Below are positions 44,365 through 55,124 of a DNA stretch of 64,000 nt, in pieces; the stretch's first letter is position 1, and each line of letters begins with the position of its first letter. The stretch spans positions 5,098 to 69,097 of the forward strand of contig JBFLYN010000012.1 of assembly GCA_040756655.1 (NCBI GenBank), read 5' to 3'. Source of the stretch: Bacillota bacterium. GTDB lineage: Bacteria; Bacillota; Sulfobacillia; UBA8153. The position numbers and the translations under genes are program-made. The notes under the pieces are model-generated. The model was given only the letters and a program-made list of their open reading frames with translations, searched no databases and was not told the DNA's origin.

Positions 44365-44375
44365 AGGCGAGCGAG

Positions 44376-44385
44376 GGTCTGAGGC
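44376..44385. repeat. Target-site duplication, left copy (GGTCTGAGGC)
   Basis: Identical 10-mer at 46386..46395, each abutting an IS terminal inverted repeat. Confidence 0.7.
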
Positions 44386-46385
44386 CAGGGTTCCGTCAAA
44401 GTCTAATGGGATACCGAGCTAACCAGGGCAAAGAATTTCGGGGTGGCTTTTCGCGCAGACATAGTTTATCATGGGTATATGAGTACCTCCGCCCTAAATT
44501 CATTGGTAGTGCGCCCAATCCGGCCCGACGAGGAACCCACCTGGAATACGCTCATGGCGACCCATCACTACCTCGGATTTGAGCGTCTCGTCGGTGAGTC
44601 GCTCAAGTACGTTGCCCTGCTAGAAGGCGAATGGGTTGCGCTCATCGCCTGGGGGACCGCAGCGTTTAAGTGCGCAGCCCGGGACCAATGGATTGGCTGG
44701 TCCCGCGAACAGCAGTGGCAACGGCTTAAATTCCTGGCTAATAACCAGCGTTGCCTGATCCTGCCTCACGTGCACCAGCCCAATCTTGCCTCCAAGTGCC
44801 TCGCTTTGAACCTCCGGCGCCTGAGTGCCGATGGGCAGGCCAGTTTCGGACATCCGGTCCTGTTGGCGGAGACCTTTGTGGATCCGAGTCGCTTCCAAGG
44901 CACCTGGCTCCCCCTCGGCCAGACACGCGGCTTTGGTCTTAGTAGTAGCCGCTACTATCATCATGGCCAACCCAAAACCGTCTGGGTGCGTCCGTTGCAC
45001 CGCCGGGCACGGGCCCTGCTAACGGCGCTGTTCACCGCTCCCATCCTGCAAGGAAAGGGGGGCATCCGCTTGGATCTCAATACCGTCAAGATTGAGAAAG
45101 CAGGCGGCCTCCTCGACTACCTCCGAAAGCTACCGGACCCACGCCGGCGCCGGGGCATACGCCACAGTCAGGTTGCGATTCTCGCGGTAGCGATCTGTGC
45201 GGTCCTCTGCGGTCATCGCAGCTACGTCGCCATCGGCGAATGGGCAGCCGATCAGCCCCAGGGCGTTCTCCAACGCGCCGTCATCACCTTACGGGTCGCT
45301 ACATTCCACCCAGTGAGCCCACCATTCGCCGTACCCTCCAAGCGCTTGATCCCAACCTGGTTGACCGGGTGATCGGGGGTTGGCTCCACCGGCAGACGGG
45401 CGGCGAGGCCATCGCGGTCGACGGCAAGACCTTGCGGGGCTCAGCCTCGCAGCAGCGCAAGGCGGTTCATCTGTTATCGGCTCTGGTCCACAAGGAAGGC
45501 GTGGTCGCTGCCCAATGTGCGGTCGACACCAAGAGCAACGAGATCACAGCCTTTCGGCCTTTGCTGGATCCCTTAGACCTTACCGACACCGTCGTAACCG
45601 CCGACGCGATGCATGCTCAGGTCGACCATGCTCGTTATTTGGTCGAAGAGAAGCAGGCTGACTATCTATTTACCGTCAAAGGCAACCAACCCACCCTGCT
45701 GGCAGACCTCACCGCGCTCGAGGAGAGCGATTTTTTCCCCTCCGTATGTCGAGCGCGAACGAGGACACGGTCGCGTTGAGACCCGCATCATTCGCACCAG
45801 CACCGCACTCAACGGCTACCTCAACTTCCCCCATGCGGCCCAGGTATTCCGTATTGAGCGGCGTCGTGCCGATCTAGGCGGCAAACTCCTGTCCTAAGAA
45901 ATGGTCTACGGCGTGACCAGTCTGCCACCCTGCCAAGCCGATCGTAGACGCCTGCTCTCCCTTGCGCGCAGACACTGGGAGATTAAGAATCGGCTCCATT
46001 GGGTGCGGGATGTCACCTTCGATGAGGATCGATCTCAGATCCGCATCCAGGGAGGGCCTCGGGTCTTTGCCACGCTACGCAATCTCCCGATCAGCCTATT
46101 ACGACTGGTCGGGTGGGACAACATTGCCGCCGGATTACGGAAGTTCTACAGGTGTGGTGCCATCCATGCCCAGGAGTTAATCGGCTGCTAAACCGCAGCC
46201 CCTTAACTCCTGTGCTTCCTGCTAACCCGCCCACTCGTAGGACCTCTCTGCCATTTTCCCGGTTCTGTGACCCCTCGCGACCTCAACGACCTCAAGCAAA
46301 CCCTTCACTGAGCCTTGGCGCGTTTGATCTACCGTAATCTAACGCTCATCACCACGCCGTGAAAACCTACTTTGACGGGGACCTG
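44386..46385 (+). mobile_element. ISAs1-family-like insertion sequence (2.0 kb) with imperfect terminal inverted repeats
   Basis: IRL is CAGGGTTCCGTCAAAGT (44386..44402). The reverse complement of IRR (46369..46385) is CAGGTCCCCGTCAAAGT, a 14/17 match. The element is flanked by a 10-bp direct repeat and carries a decayed transposase. Confidence 0.75.
44443..46191 (+). pseudogene. Transposase pseudogene: DUF4338-like N-terminal domain fused to an ISAs1-type (H-repeat/DDE_Tnp_1) transposase
   Basis: Four collinear ORF pieces (44443..45372, 45240..45779, 45613..45897, 45901..46191). The frame changes near 45290 and 45740, and there is an in-frame TAA at 45895..45897. Motifs present: HHYLGF...NNQRCLILP...NLASKCL...LAETFVD (DUF4338-like), DPRRRRGIRHSQVAILAVAICAVLCG, AVDGKTLRGS, TADAMHAQ, GHGRVETR and RRHWEIKNRLHWVRDVTFDEDRS. 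Confidence 0.75.
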
Positions 46386-46395
46386 GGTCTGAGGC
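46386..46395. repeat. Target-site duplication, right copy (GGTCTGAGGC)
   Basis: Matches 44376..44385. Confidence 0.7.
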
Positions 46396-46593
46396 ATTTG
46401 CGTTGTCCCTGTTTCTGACCTCAGGATCTTGGTCAAGGACTACGCAAAACCACGCTCCAGAGTCCCATCGGTACCCCTGGCGATGGTCTTGAACCACGTT
46501 TTACCCTCCGCCAGCGCATCGAATGCGTTCCTAGGGCGAACGAGAGCAACCGGCAACCATCTCTCCTTATGCGTCAGGTTTTTCGGTTTTAGC

Positions 46594-47589
46594 TTAGGCC
46601 GCTACCAGGCTGCGTAGCCCGTCCAGTTGCTGGGTTCGGATCCGGCCCAGCGCCATCGCCAGCATCACGCTCAGGGCCATCCCGCTTTGTAGTCCCCAGA
46701 TGAAATGCTGCTCAAAGCCAAATGCCGTGTCCAGCCGGCTGTTCACCCGTTCCACCGCCGTCCGCTGCGCATAGGCCCGCCCCCATTTGTAGCTGGAGCG
46801 CGCTATGGGGACAAAGATGCGCCAGTCGGTGGCCAGCGGTATTGGAGTTGCGGTCCTTTGCAAAACCTCCATAAGCCAGTTCCCGTCGTTTGCCTGTGGC
46901 CGGACAATGGCAGTAGACCGTCCCCCGGTAGTCATACACCATATTATCCTTGTCCGCCAGCAGCCGGGTGGCCTCCCCATCCTTCCAGCAGTTACGGATA
47001 TCGATCACCGGCTTGATCCGGTGCTCATCCCAAAGCCGGGTTAGAACTTGCTGTCAGCATAGCCCCGGTCCGCCCAAAACTGCTCCCCACGTTCCAGCAA
47101 CCAGGGCTGCCGCTCCTGCAACGCATCCAACAACTGGCGGGCACACCGCACCTCGGACGCCGCCCGGGTGACCTTGAAGGCCACCGGCAGTTCATACTGG
47201 GCATCGACCAGCCGGTGCAGTCGGACGCCGAACCAGGACACTTGCTTCTCCCAGGCCGTGCCATGGGCGTGCTGACCCTGGTAGACTTTGACGCCCCAGT
47301 CCGCATCCGTCTCCCGGCGTCCGTCGGCGGCCTGCGCTGCGCCCTCCTTCCGCGTCGGCCGGGCATGGCTGGAGATGGCTTTCCCGTCCAGAGCCAGGCA
47401 CTGGCCGAAGTCGGGCAGTTTCTCACCCAGCTCACGGGTCAACCGTTCAAACACCGCGCGGAGCTTACCAGTCTGGGTCCGCAGCTGTCTTAGAAACCGG
47501 CGGGAGGAACGGTACCCGTGAAACCACATAGCGCCTGTAACTGGCCGTTTCGCAGCAACACCTGTACTGTTGGGGTCAACTTCCTGCAT
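46594..47589 (-). pseudogene. IS4/IS5-superfamily (DDE_Tnp_1) transposase remnant, 5'-truncated and frameshifted
   Basis: Three pieces in different frames (47041..47589, 46712..47008, 46594..46980). Motifs present: LALDGKAISS, DADWGVKVY...WFGVRLHRLVDAQYELPVAFKVTRAS, ADRGY, KPVIDIRNCWKDGE...YDYRGTVYC and RTAVERVNSRLDTAFGFE. No N-terminal DNA-binding region and no clear inverted repeats were found. Confidence 0.65.
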
Positions 47590-47729
47590 TGCCGTCCCGG
47601 CTCGTCCTCAACCCCTGCATAATCCCCTCTACACCGGGGTAAAGACTTTTTCACACGCCTCAAAAACCTTCATCTATCTGCTCTGTCTTCACAGCGCAAT
47701 TGCCTCAGTCTACGTTTTGTTAAGGGAAA

Positions 47730-47752
47730 AGTCCGGCTAAGAAAGCCGGACT
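47730..47752 (-). terminator. Intrinsic terminator of carD
   Basis: agtccggct-aagaa-agccggact is a perfect 9-bp stem, followed on the minus strand by TTTTCCCTT, 20 nt after the carD stop. Confidence 0.75.
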
Positions 47753-47771
47753 CTCCTGCCAGGAACCAAAC

Positions 47772-48248
47772 CTAGGCCAAGACCTGGTCCAATATGCTGC
47801 TTGCGTCAGTCTCCTTGATACCCTTGGCCAGCACCAGTTCGGATAGCAGGATCTGCCTGGCGCTGTCCAGCATCTTGCGCTCGCCGGTGGAAAGCCCCTT
47901 TTCACGATCCCTCTGGAACAGGTTCCTCACCACTTCAGCTACTTCGTAGATGTCTCCCGACTTGATCTTTTCGAGGTTGGCCCGGTACCGGCGGTTCCAA
48001 TTGGTAGACATCTTGGTGCGGTCGGCCCTCAGGACGTCGAACACCTCTTCGACCTCTGCTTCGGTGATGACCCTGCGCAGGCCGATTTCCGTCACGTTAT
48101 GAGTTGGAATCATCACGCGCATATCACCAATGGGCAGTCGCATTATATAGTACTGCTTGCGCTCGCCCAGGACTTCCTTTTCCTCTATGGCTTCGATGAT
48201 CCCCGCACCGTGCATAGGGTAGACAACCTTATCTCCGATGTTGAACAT
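47772..48248 (-). CDS. carD: CarD-family (CdnL-like) RNA-polymerase-binding transcriptional regulator
   Basis: MFNIGDKVVYPMHGAGIIEAIEEKEVLGERKQYYIMRLPIGDMRVMIP... ATG 48248 follows GAGGAGG+8 nt. Confidence 0.9.
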   Translation of the reverse strand: MFNIGDKVVYPMHGAGIIEAIEEKEVLGERKQYYIMRLPIGDMRVMIPTHNVTEIGLRRVITEAEVEEVFDVLRADRTKMSTNWNRRYRANLEKIKSGDIYEVAEVVRNLFQRDREKGLSTGERKMLDSARQILLSELVLAKGIKETDASSILDQVLA

Positions 48249-48279
48249 CACGAGAGCCTCCTCGACATATCCTAATTTT

Positions 48280-48308
48280 AGGATAACACTGGCGGGCTCC
48301 GCTGTCAA
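48280..48308 (-). promoter_or_regulatory. Sigma-A promoter of carD
   Basis: Minus strand reads TTGACA-17 nt-TATCCT. The -10 box is the left arm of an 8-2-8 inverted repeat (48268..48285). Confidence 0.5.
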
Positions 48309-48487
48309 GAAATTTGATATTATATCACGGTCATCCGAACAATGTCAACGACTGAGTTGGACTTTTTCGTGAAAAGCACCCTGCTTCTCTTTGGTGGCCG
48401 ATGCCGGCCGGCCCGTTGGTCCTAGTCCAGGACTCAAGACTGGCCACACCTAGCCTAGTTAAGACTTAGAGCAGGGATCCTCTTCGC

Positions 48488-48516
48488 TTGACTGCCCCGG
48501 CAAAGTCGTATAGAAT
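48488..48516 (+). promoter_or_regulatory. Sigma-A promoter of tRNA-Ala (and probably the downstream small ORF)
   Basis: Plus strand reads TTGACT-17 nt-TAGAAT, 35 nt upstream of the tRNA. Confidence 0.55.
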
Positions 48517-48551
48517 GTGATTGCCGTAAGGAGCTAGGAAAGAACACATGT

Positions 48552-48626
48552 GGGCGTGTGGCTCAGTGGGAGAGCATTCGGTTCGCATCCGAAAGGCCGC
48601 GGGTTCGAATCCCGCCACGTCCACCA
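48552..48626 (+). tRNA. tRNA-Ala (anticodon CGC)
   Basis: GGGCGTGTGGCTCAGTGGGAGAGCATTCGGTTCGCATCCGAAAGGCCGCGGGTTCGAATCCCGCCACGTCCACCA, with the G3:U70 alanine identity pair. Confidence 0.9.
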
Positions 48627-48665
48627 TTTCTTTTCCCCAGGTTAGAGTCTCCGGGAGGTAAGATC

Positions 48666-49067
48666 GTGGTCAAAGACTTGCTCTGCGATGGGTTCCAGGA
48701 AACTGTGGGGCAGTTTCTGATCCGGCACCGCAGCGTACTTGACGTCATGTCCAAGATGCAGGAAGCCACGGCACGGGTGAACCGGGCCGTGACCAAGTCG
48801 GTGACCAGTTGCGGATGCGTAGAGATTAGTGCCTCCAAACAGCGAGTCCCCTCCAGCCTTACTTCGTTAAGCGAAGTCCGAGACTACATGGCTACCCACC
48901 TGAGCGGCCAGATGTGCGAGCATTGCCGCGAGGTCCTGGAAAGCGAGATCGGAGGAGCCCTATTCTACCTGACTGCGCTGTGTAATATCGCCGGCCTTGA
49001 CCTGCACGAAGTCCTTTTGAAAGAACACACCAAGCTCCAAACCCTCGGGGTGTTCAACCTCTCATAG
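48666..49067 (+). CDS. Conserved hypothetical protein (133 aa; CxC...CxxC cysteines; C-terminal helix faintly MazG-like)
   Basis: GTG 48666 follows GGGAGGT+6 nt. Coding-like composition. ...SCGCVEISA...QMCEHCREVLESEIGGALFYLTALCNIAGLDLHEVL... No function can be assigned from the sequence alone. Confidence 0.55.
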   Translation: MVKDLLCDGFQETVGQFLIRHRSVLDVMSKMQEATARVNRAVTKSVTSCGCVEISASKQRVPSSLTSLSEVRDYMATHLSGQMCEHCREVLESEIGGALFYLTALCNIAGLDLHEVLLKEHTKLQTLGVFNLS

Positions 49068-49075
49068 GCTTTCCG

Positions 49076-50422
49076 TTATGTCACTCCCAGTTCGGCCAGT
49101 GCCTGGTCAACGTTGTCCACACCCCGGACTTCCATACCTGCCACCGACAACTTGCGGGCTCCGGACGCCGGAAGCAGGATGCGGCCGAATCCTAGTTTGG
49201 CGGCCTCCCTGGCCCGCTGTTCCAGGCCGCTGACTAGCCGGATCTCGCCCGTGAGCCCGACTTCTCCAGCCACCACCACCTGGGGATCGACACACGCATC
49301 CCGGTAGCTGGAAGCCAAGGCCAGTATGATCCCAAGGTCGGCGGCAGGCTCGTCAAGACGTACGCCTCCCGAAACCTTAACGTAGGCATCCGAGCTGCCC
49401 AGGTTCATTCCGACCTTCCGCTCCAACACCGCCAGGAGCAGTGCCACCCGGTTTTGGTCCACCCCCGAAACTGTGCGCCTGGGCGTCCCGAAGGTGGCCG
49501 GGGCCACGAGAGCCTGTACCTCAACTAGGAGCGGCCGGGTGCCCTCCATGGCGGCGACTACCACTGAACCCGGCGCTCCGCCCGGACGCTCGGCCAATAG
49601 CACCTGGGAAGGGTTCAGGACATCTATCAGCCCTTGGCCGGTCATCTCGAACACCCCCAGCTCGCTGGTGGAGCCGAACCGGTTTTTCACCGCGCGCAAG
49701 AGCCGGTAGACGTGATGGCGTTCTCCTTCGAAGTACAGAACGGTGTCGACGATGTGCTCCAGCACCCGCGGCCCTGCCAGATCGCCGGACTTAGTTACGT
49801 GGCCGACCAAAAATACGACGAGGTCCTGGGACTTGGCCACTTGCAGCACTCGGGCTGCGCACTCCCGTACCTGTCCCACGCTCCCCGGGGCCGAGACCAG
49901 CCTGTGATCGAACATGGTTTGCACCGAGTCAATGATGGCCAGGTCCGGTCTCTGTTCCTGTAAAGCGCCCTCCACAACCTCGACGGATGTTTCGGCCATC
50001 ACCAGGATGCCTTCGCCGGTTCCTATCCTCGCCGCCCGCCTGGCGATTTGCCGGGCCGATTCCTCGCCGGAGATGTACAGGACCTTCCGGCCCATGGCCG
50101 CCACAGCGCCTGCTGCCTGGAGCAGGAGCGTGGATTTGCCGATGCCGGGGTCGCCGCCGATGAGCACCACCGACCCGGGCACGGCGCCTCCTCCTAGCAC
50201 CCGGTCCAGCTCAGTGCTGCCGGTGGATATCCGAGCATCAGCCTCGTCCCCAAGTTCACTCAACTTCCCGGGTTCTGCCCGGGCGGCAGCCCGGGCCGGC
50301 AATACTGCAGCTTCTTCCACCATGGTCCCCCAGCCCTGGCAGTGAGGACAGCGTCCCATCCAGGCACTGCTCTCGTAGCCACACGACTGGCAGACAATCC
50401 TGGCCCGCGCGCGGTTACCCAT
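49076..50422 (-). CDS. radA: DNA repair protein RadA/Sms
   Basis: N-terminal Zn finger CQSCGYESSAWMGRCPHCQGW, Walker A GGDPGIGKSTLLLQ, the KNRFG motif and a Lon-like C-terminus. ATG 50422 follows AGAGGAG. Confidence 0.95.
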   Translation of the reverse strand: MGNRARARIVCQSCGYESSAWMGRCPHCQGWGTMVEEAAVLPARAAARAEPGKLSELGDEADARISTGSTELDRVLGGGAVPGSVVLIGGDPGIGKSTLLLQAAGAVAAMGRKVLYISGEESARQIARRAARIGTGEGILVMAETSVEVVEGALQEQRPDLAIIDSVQTMFDHRLVSAPGSVGQVRECAARVLQVAKSQDLVVFLVGHVTKSGDLAGPRVLEHIVDTVLYFEGERHHVYRLLRAVKNRFGSTSELGVFEMTGQGLIDVLNPSQVLLAERPGGAPGSVVVAAMEGTRPLLVEVQALVAPATFGTPRRTVSGVDQNRVALLLAVLERKVGMNLGSSDAYVKVSGGVRLDEPAADLGIILALASSYRDACVDPQVVVAGEVGLTGEIRLVSGLEQRAREAAKLGFGRILLPASGARKLSVAGMEVRGVDNVDQALAELGVT

Positions 50423-50464
50423 GCTCTCTCCTCTTTCCATAAGGCATCACGGTTGCAAAAGATT

Positions 50465-50501
50465 CCCGCCGCCTGCCGAGGATTCCTGCGGCGGCGGCGG
50501 G
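50465..50501 (-). terminator. Terminator-like hairpin after clpC
   Basis: cccgccgcc...ggcggcggg arms, followed on the minus strand by AATCTTTTGC. Confidence 0.45.
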
Positions 50502-50518
50502 TTGACCGGTCCTGGGTG

Positions 50519-52951
<2,433 letters not shown>

Positions 52952-52967
52952 TGAGTGTACACCTCCT

Positions 52968-54032
52968 CTAACTCGTTGCCAACATCTTCCTGATCAGGTC
53001 TGCTCGCACGGCGTCCCGTTGCAGCGGGTCCAGTGGCATCTGGGCACGGCGCTGCAGGAAAGAGGCGCGAGTAGCCACGATCATCTCGTTCAATACCGGG
53101 GTGGGCACCCCGGGTAATAGGCCCAGGTCAACTCCGAGCCGCACATCTGACCAAAGCTTGATGGCCTCTTCCGATGAGATCACATGGGCGTTGGTGAGGA
53201 TGCCGTACGCACGGCCCACCCGGTCCGATACCTGGAGCGCTGCGTCTTTCACCAGGGCCTCTCGGGTGTGACGTTCCTGGTCGATGACCTGCTTGGCAAC
53301 ACCCAGGAGACTCCGCACCACTTCCTCCTCGGACTGCCCAAGGGTGACCTGGTTAGATATCTGGAACAGGTTTCCCGAAGCTTGTGTTCCCTCGCCGTAC
53401 ATCCCCCGGACCACCAATCCCAGCTTGTTAGTGGCCCCCAGGACCCGTCCCGCTGCGTCAGTCATGACCAGCCCGGGCAGGTGTAACATCACCGATGCTC
53501 TGAGCCCGGTACCGACGTTTGTGGGGCAGCACGTAAGATAACCCCTCGACCCGGAGAACGCATAGGGCAAGTGCTCCTCGAAGGAGTCGTCAAGACCGCT
53601 GGCAGCCACCCATGCTTCCTCCAGCTGCAGCCCGGGAAAGAGACACTGGATCCTAAGGTGGTCCTCTTCGTTCACCATGATGCTGGCACTCTCATCCTCC
53701 TTCAAAACCAGTGCTCGCCCCCAGGGCTCGCTGATGTGCTGGGGACTTACCAAGTGCTTTTCCACCAGCACTTTGCGATCCAAGGCAGGCATGCTGTCCA
53801 GGGGGTAGGTATCCAGCTTCCCCCAACCGCGCCCGCTGTTGATGGACGCAACCGCCCGCGATACATCGGACACCACCTGGTTTAGACCATCTACCGGCAG
53901 AAGGTGAGGAAATGGCACTCCGGCCAGATTCCGGGCCAAGCGCACCCGGGTCGATATGACTATGTCCGCCTCCGGCCCAGAACCGCTGGTCCAGCCGGAA
54001 GCGGCTCGCTGCAAGACCTTGTCCAGTGGCAT
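52968..54032 (-). CDS. mcsB: Protein arginine kinase McsB
   Basis: 354 aa, phosphagen-kinase-like (...NEEDHLRIQ...CPTNVGTGLRASV...). Confidence 0.95.
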   Translation of the reverse strand: MPLDKVLQRAASGWTSGSGPEADIVISTRVRLARNLAGVPFPHLLPVDGLNQVVSDVSRAVASINSGRGWGKLDTYPLDSMPALDRKVLVEKHLVSPQHISEPWGRALVLKEDESASIMVNEEDHLRIQCLFPGLQLEEAWVAASGLDDSFEEHLPYAFSGSRGYLTCCPTNVGTGLRASVMLHLPGLVMTDAAGRVLGATNKLGLVVRGMYGEGTQASGNLFQISNQVTLGQSEEEVVRSLLGVAKQVIDQERHTREALVKDAALQVSDRVGRAYGILTNAHVISSEEAIKLWSDVRLGVDLGLLPGVPTPVLNEMIVATRASFLQRRAQMPLDPLQRDAVRADLIRKMLATS

Positions 54033-54044
54033 GCCGTCTCCTCC

Positions 54045-54566
54045 TCACTTCTCCCCAGTTGACTCCTGCTTCTCCAGGAGCCGGATGCGGTCGCGGAGCT
54101 GGGCAGCTTTCTCGTACGCCTCCTGGCGGACGGCCAACTCCAGCTGTCTTCTAAGGCCATCGATTTCCTTTTTCACATGCAGCCCCGCAGCGGCCCGCCT
54201 GGGGCTTTTCCCCACGTGTTCCGAAGACCCCTGGATGCGCCTGAGCACCGCATCCAGCCGGTCGCCGAACACCTCGTAGCAGTCACTGCAGCCCAGTCGC
54301 CCCACGCGTGCGAAGTCCGAATAGGTAAAGTTACAGGTGGCACACCGGACTCCAGTAGGTGCAGGCAGCGACCGCCCTCTTCGTTCTTCATCGTCGAGAA
54401 GCGCCGATAACAGGTTATTTATGGAAAACATGGGGTTTAGGAAGACCCCCAAATCGCCCTGTTCACGAGCACACTGCTGGCACAGGTCATGTTCGACCTT
54501 TTCGTTGTTTACGACTTTGGTCACATGAACCGTAGCCGGGCGCTTTCCGCAGAGTTCACACAGCAA
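54045..54566 (-). CDS. mcsA: McsA (UvrB/UvrC-motif, Zn-finger activator of McsB)
   Basis: CELCGKRPATVH...CQQCA...CATCNFTY...LGCSDCY and a C-terminal UVR motif AYEKAAQLRDRI. TTG start. Confidence 0.9.
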   Translation of the reverse strand: MLCELCGKRPATVHVTKVVNNEKVEHDLCQQCAREQGDLGVFLNPMFSINNLLSALLDDEERRGRSLPAPTGVRCATCNFTYSDFARVGRLGCSDCYEVFGDRLDAVLRRIQGSSEHVGKSPRRAAAGLHVKKEIDGLRRQLELAVRQEAYEKAAQLRDRIRLLEKQESTGEK

Positions 54567-54582
54567 CTATCATTCCCCCTGT

Positions 54583-55050
54583 TCAGGAATACTTCAAGAG
54601 CGCCGTGAGCATCGCCCTGAAAAGCGCGGCCCGTAACACATCCCTCTCGGGGAGGCTCACCTTAAGAATACTCCTGGCCATAGCGGCACTCATGAGTGCC
54701 GCTTCCCTTCCGGTAAGCCAGCCGGCTTCCTCCAGCCAGGCGATGCGGTGCAGTGCAGCATCCTGACTTAGCGTGGGAACCAGTACCCATTTCGGAACTG
54801 GGTTGCCTGACTCCAGGGTCAGCCGGTTGATGCGGATGTACCCGCCGCCCCCGCGCCGGCTTTCCACCAGGTACCCGCGCTCCGGGGTGAACCTGGTTTC
54901 CAGCACGTAGTTAATCTGCGATGGCACACAGCCCAGCTTCTCGGCCAGGAGGTTGCGCTGGATGTCAATGGTGCCATCCCCGGCCTGGTCCAAGAGATCC
55001 TTAATATACTGTTCAATGTAGTCAGAGAGGTTTCTGCTCAAGGTGCCCAC
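54583..55050 (-). CDS. ctsR: Class III stress-gene repressor CtsR
   Basis: ...LSDYIEQYIKDLL...KLGCVPSQINYVLETRFTPERGYLVESRRGGGGYIRI... is collinear with B. subtilis CtsR. Confidence 0.95.
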   Translation of the reverse strand: MGTLSRNLSDYIEQYIKDLLDQAGDGTIDIQRNLLAEKLGCVPSQINYVLETRFTPERGYLVESRRGGGGYIRINRLTLESGNPVPKWVLVPTLSQDAALHRIAWLEEAGWLTGREAALMSAAMARSILKVSLPERDVLRAALFRAMLTALLKYS

Positions 55051-55064
55051 CTTCGGTCTTGAAC

Positions 55065-55081
55065 TTTGACTAACTTTGACC
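55065..55081 (-). promoter_or_regulatory. CtsR operator (direct heptad repeat)
   Basis: Minus strand reads GGTCAAAGTTAGTCAAA, matching the published (A/G)GTCAAAnan(A/G)GTCAAA consensus. It lies between the -10 box and ctsR. Confidence 0.8.
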
Positions 55082-55091
55082 TTCCGGGTAT

Positions 55092-55120
55092 ATTATACCA
55101 GCCCCCCAACCAGCTCGCAA
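55092..55120 (-). promoter_or_regulatory. Sigma-A promoter of ctsR-mcsA-mcsB-clpC
   Basis: Minus strand reads TTGCGA-17 nt-TATAAT, immediately upstream of the CtsR box. Confidence 0.6.
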
Positions 55121-55124
55121 TACC

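Noticed and set aside
44443-45100. DUF4338-like domain as a hint of a Druantia-type defence system
   Set aside because: There are no DruB-E-like or helicase partner genes nearby. The domain is fused to a transposase inside an IS with inverted repeats and a target duplication, and the gene is a pseudogene.
48558-48665. N-terminal part of the 169-aa ORF
   Set aside because: This stretch is the tRNA-Ala gene read as protein. The real CDS most likely starts at GTG 48666, behind its own SD.
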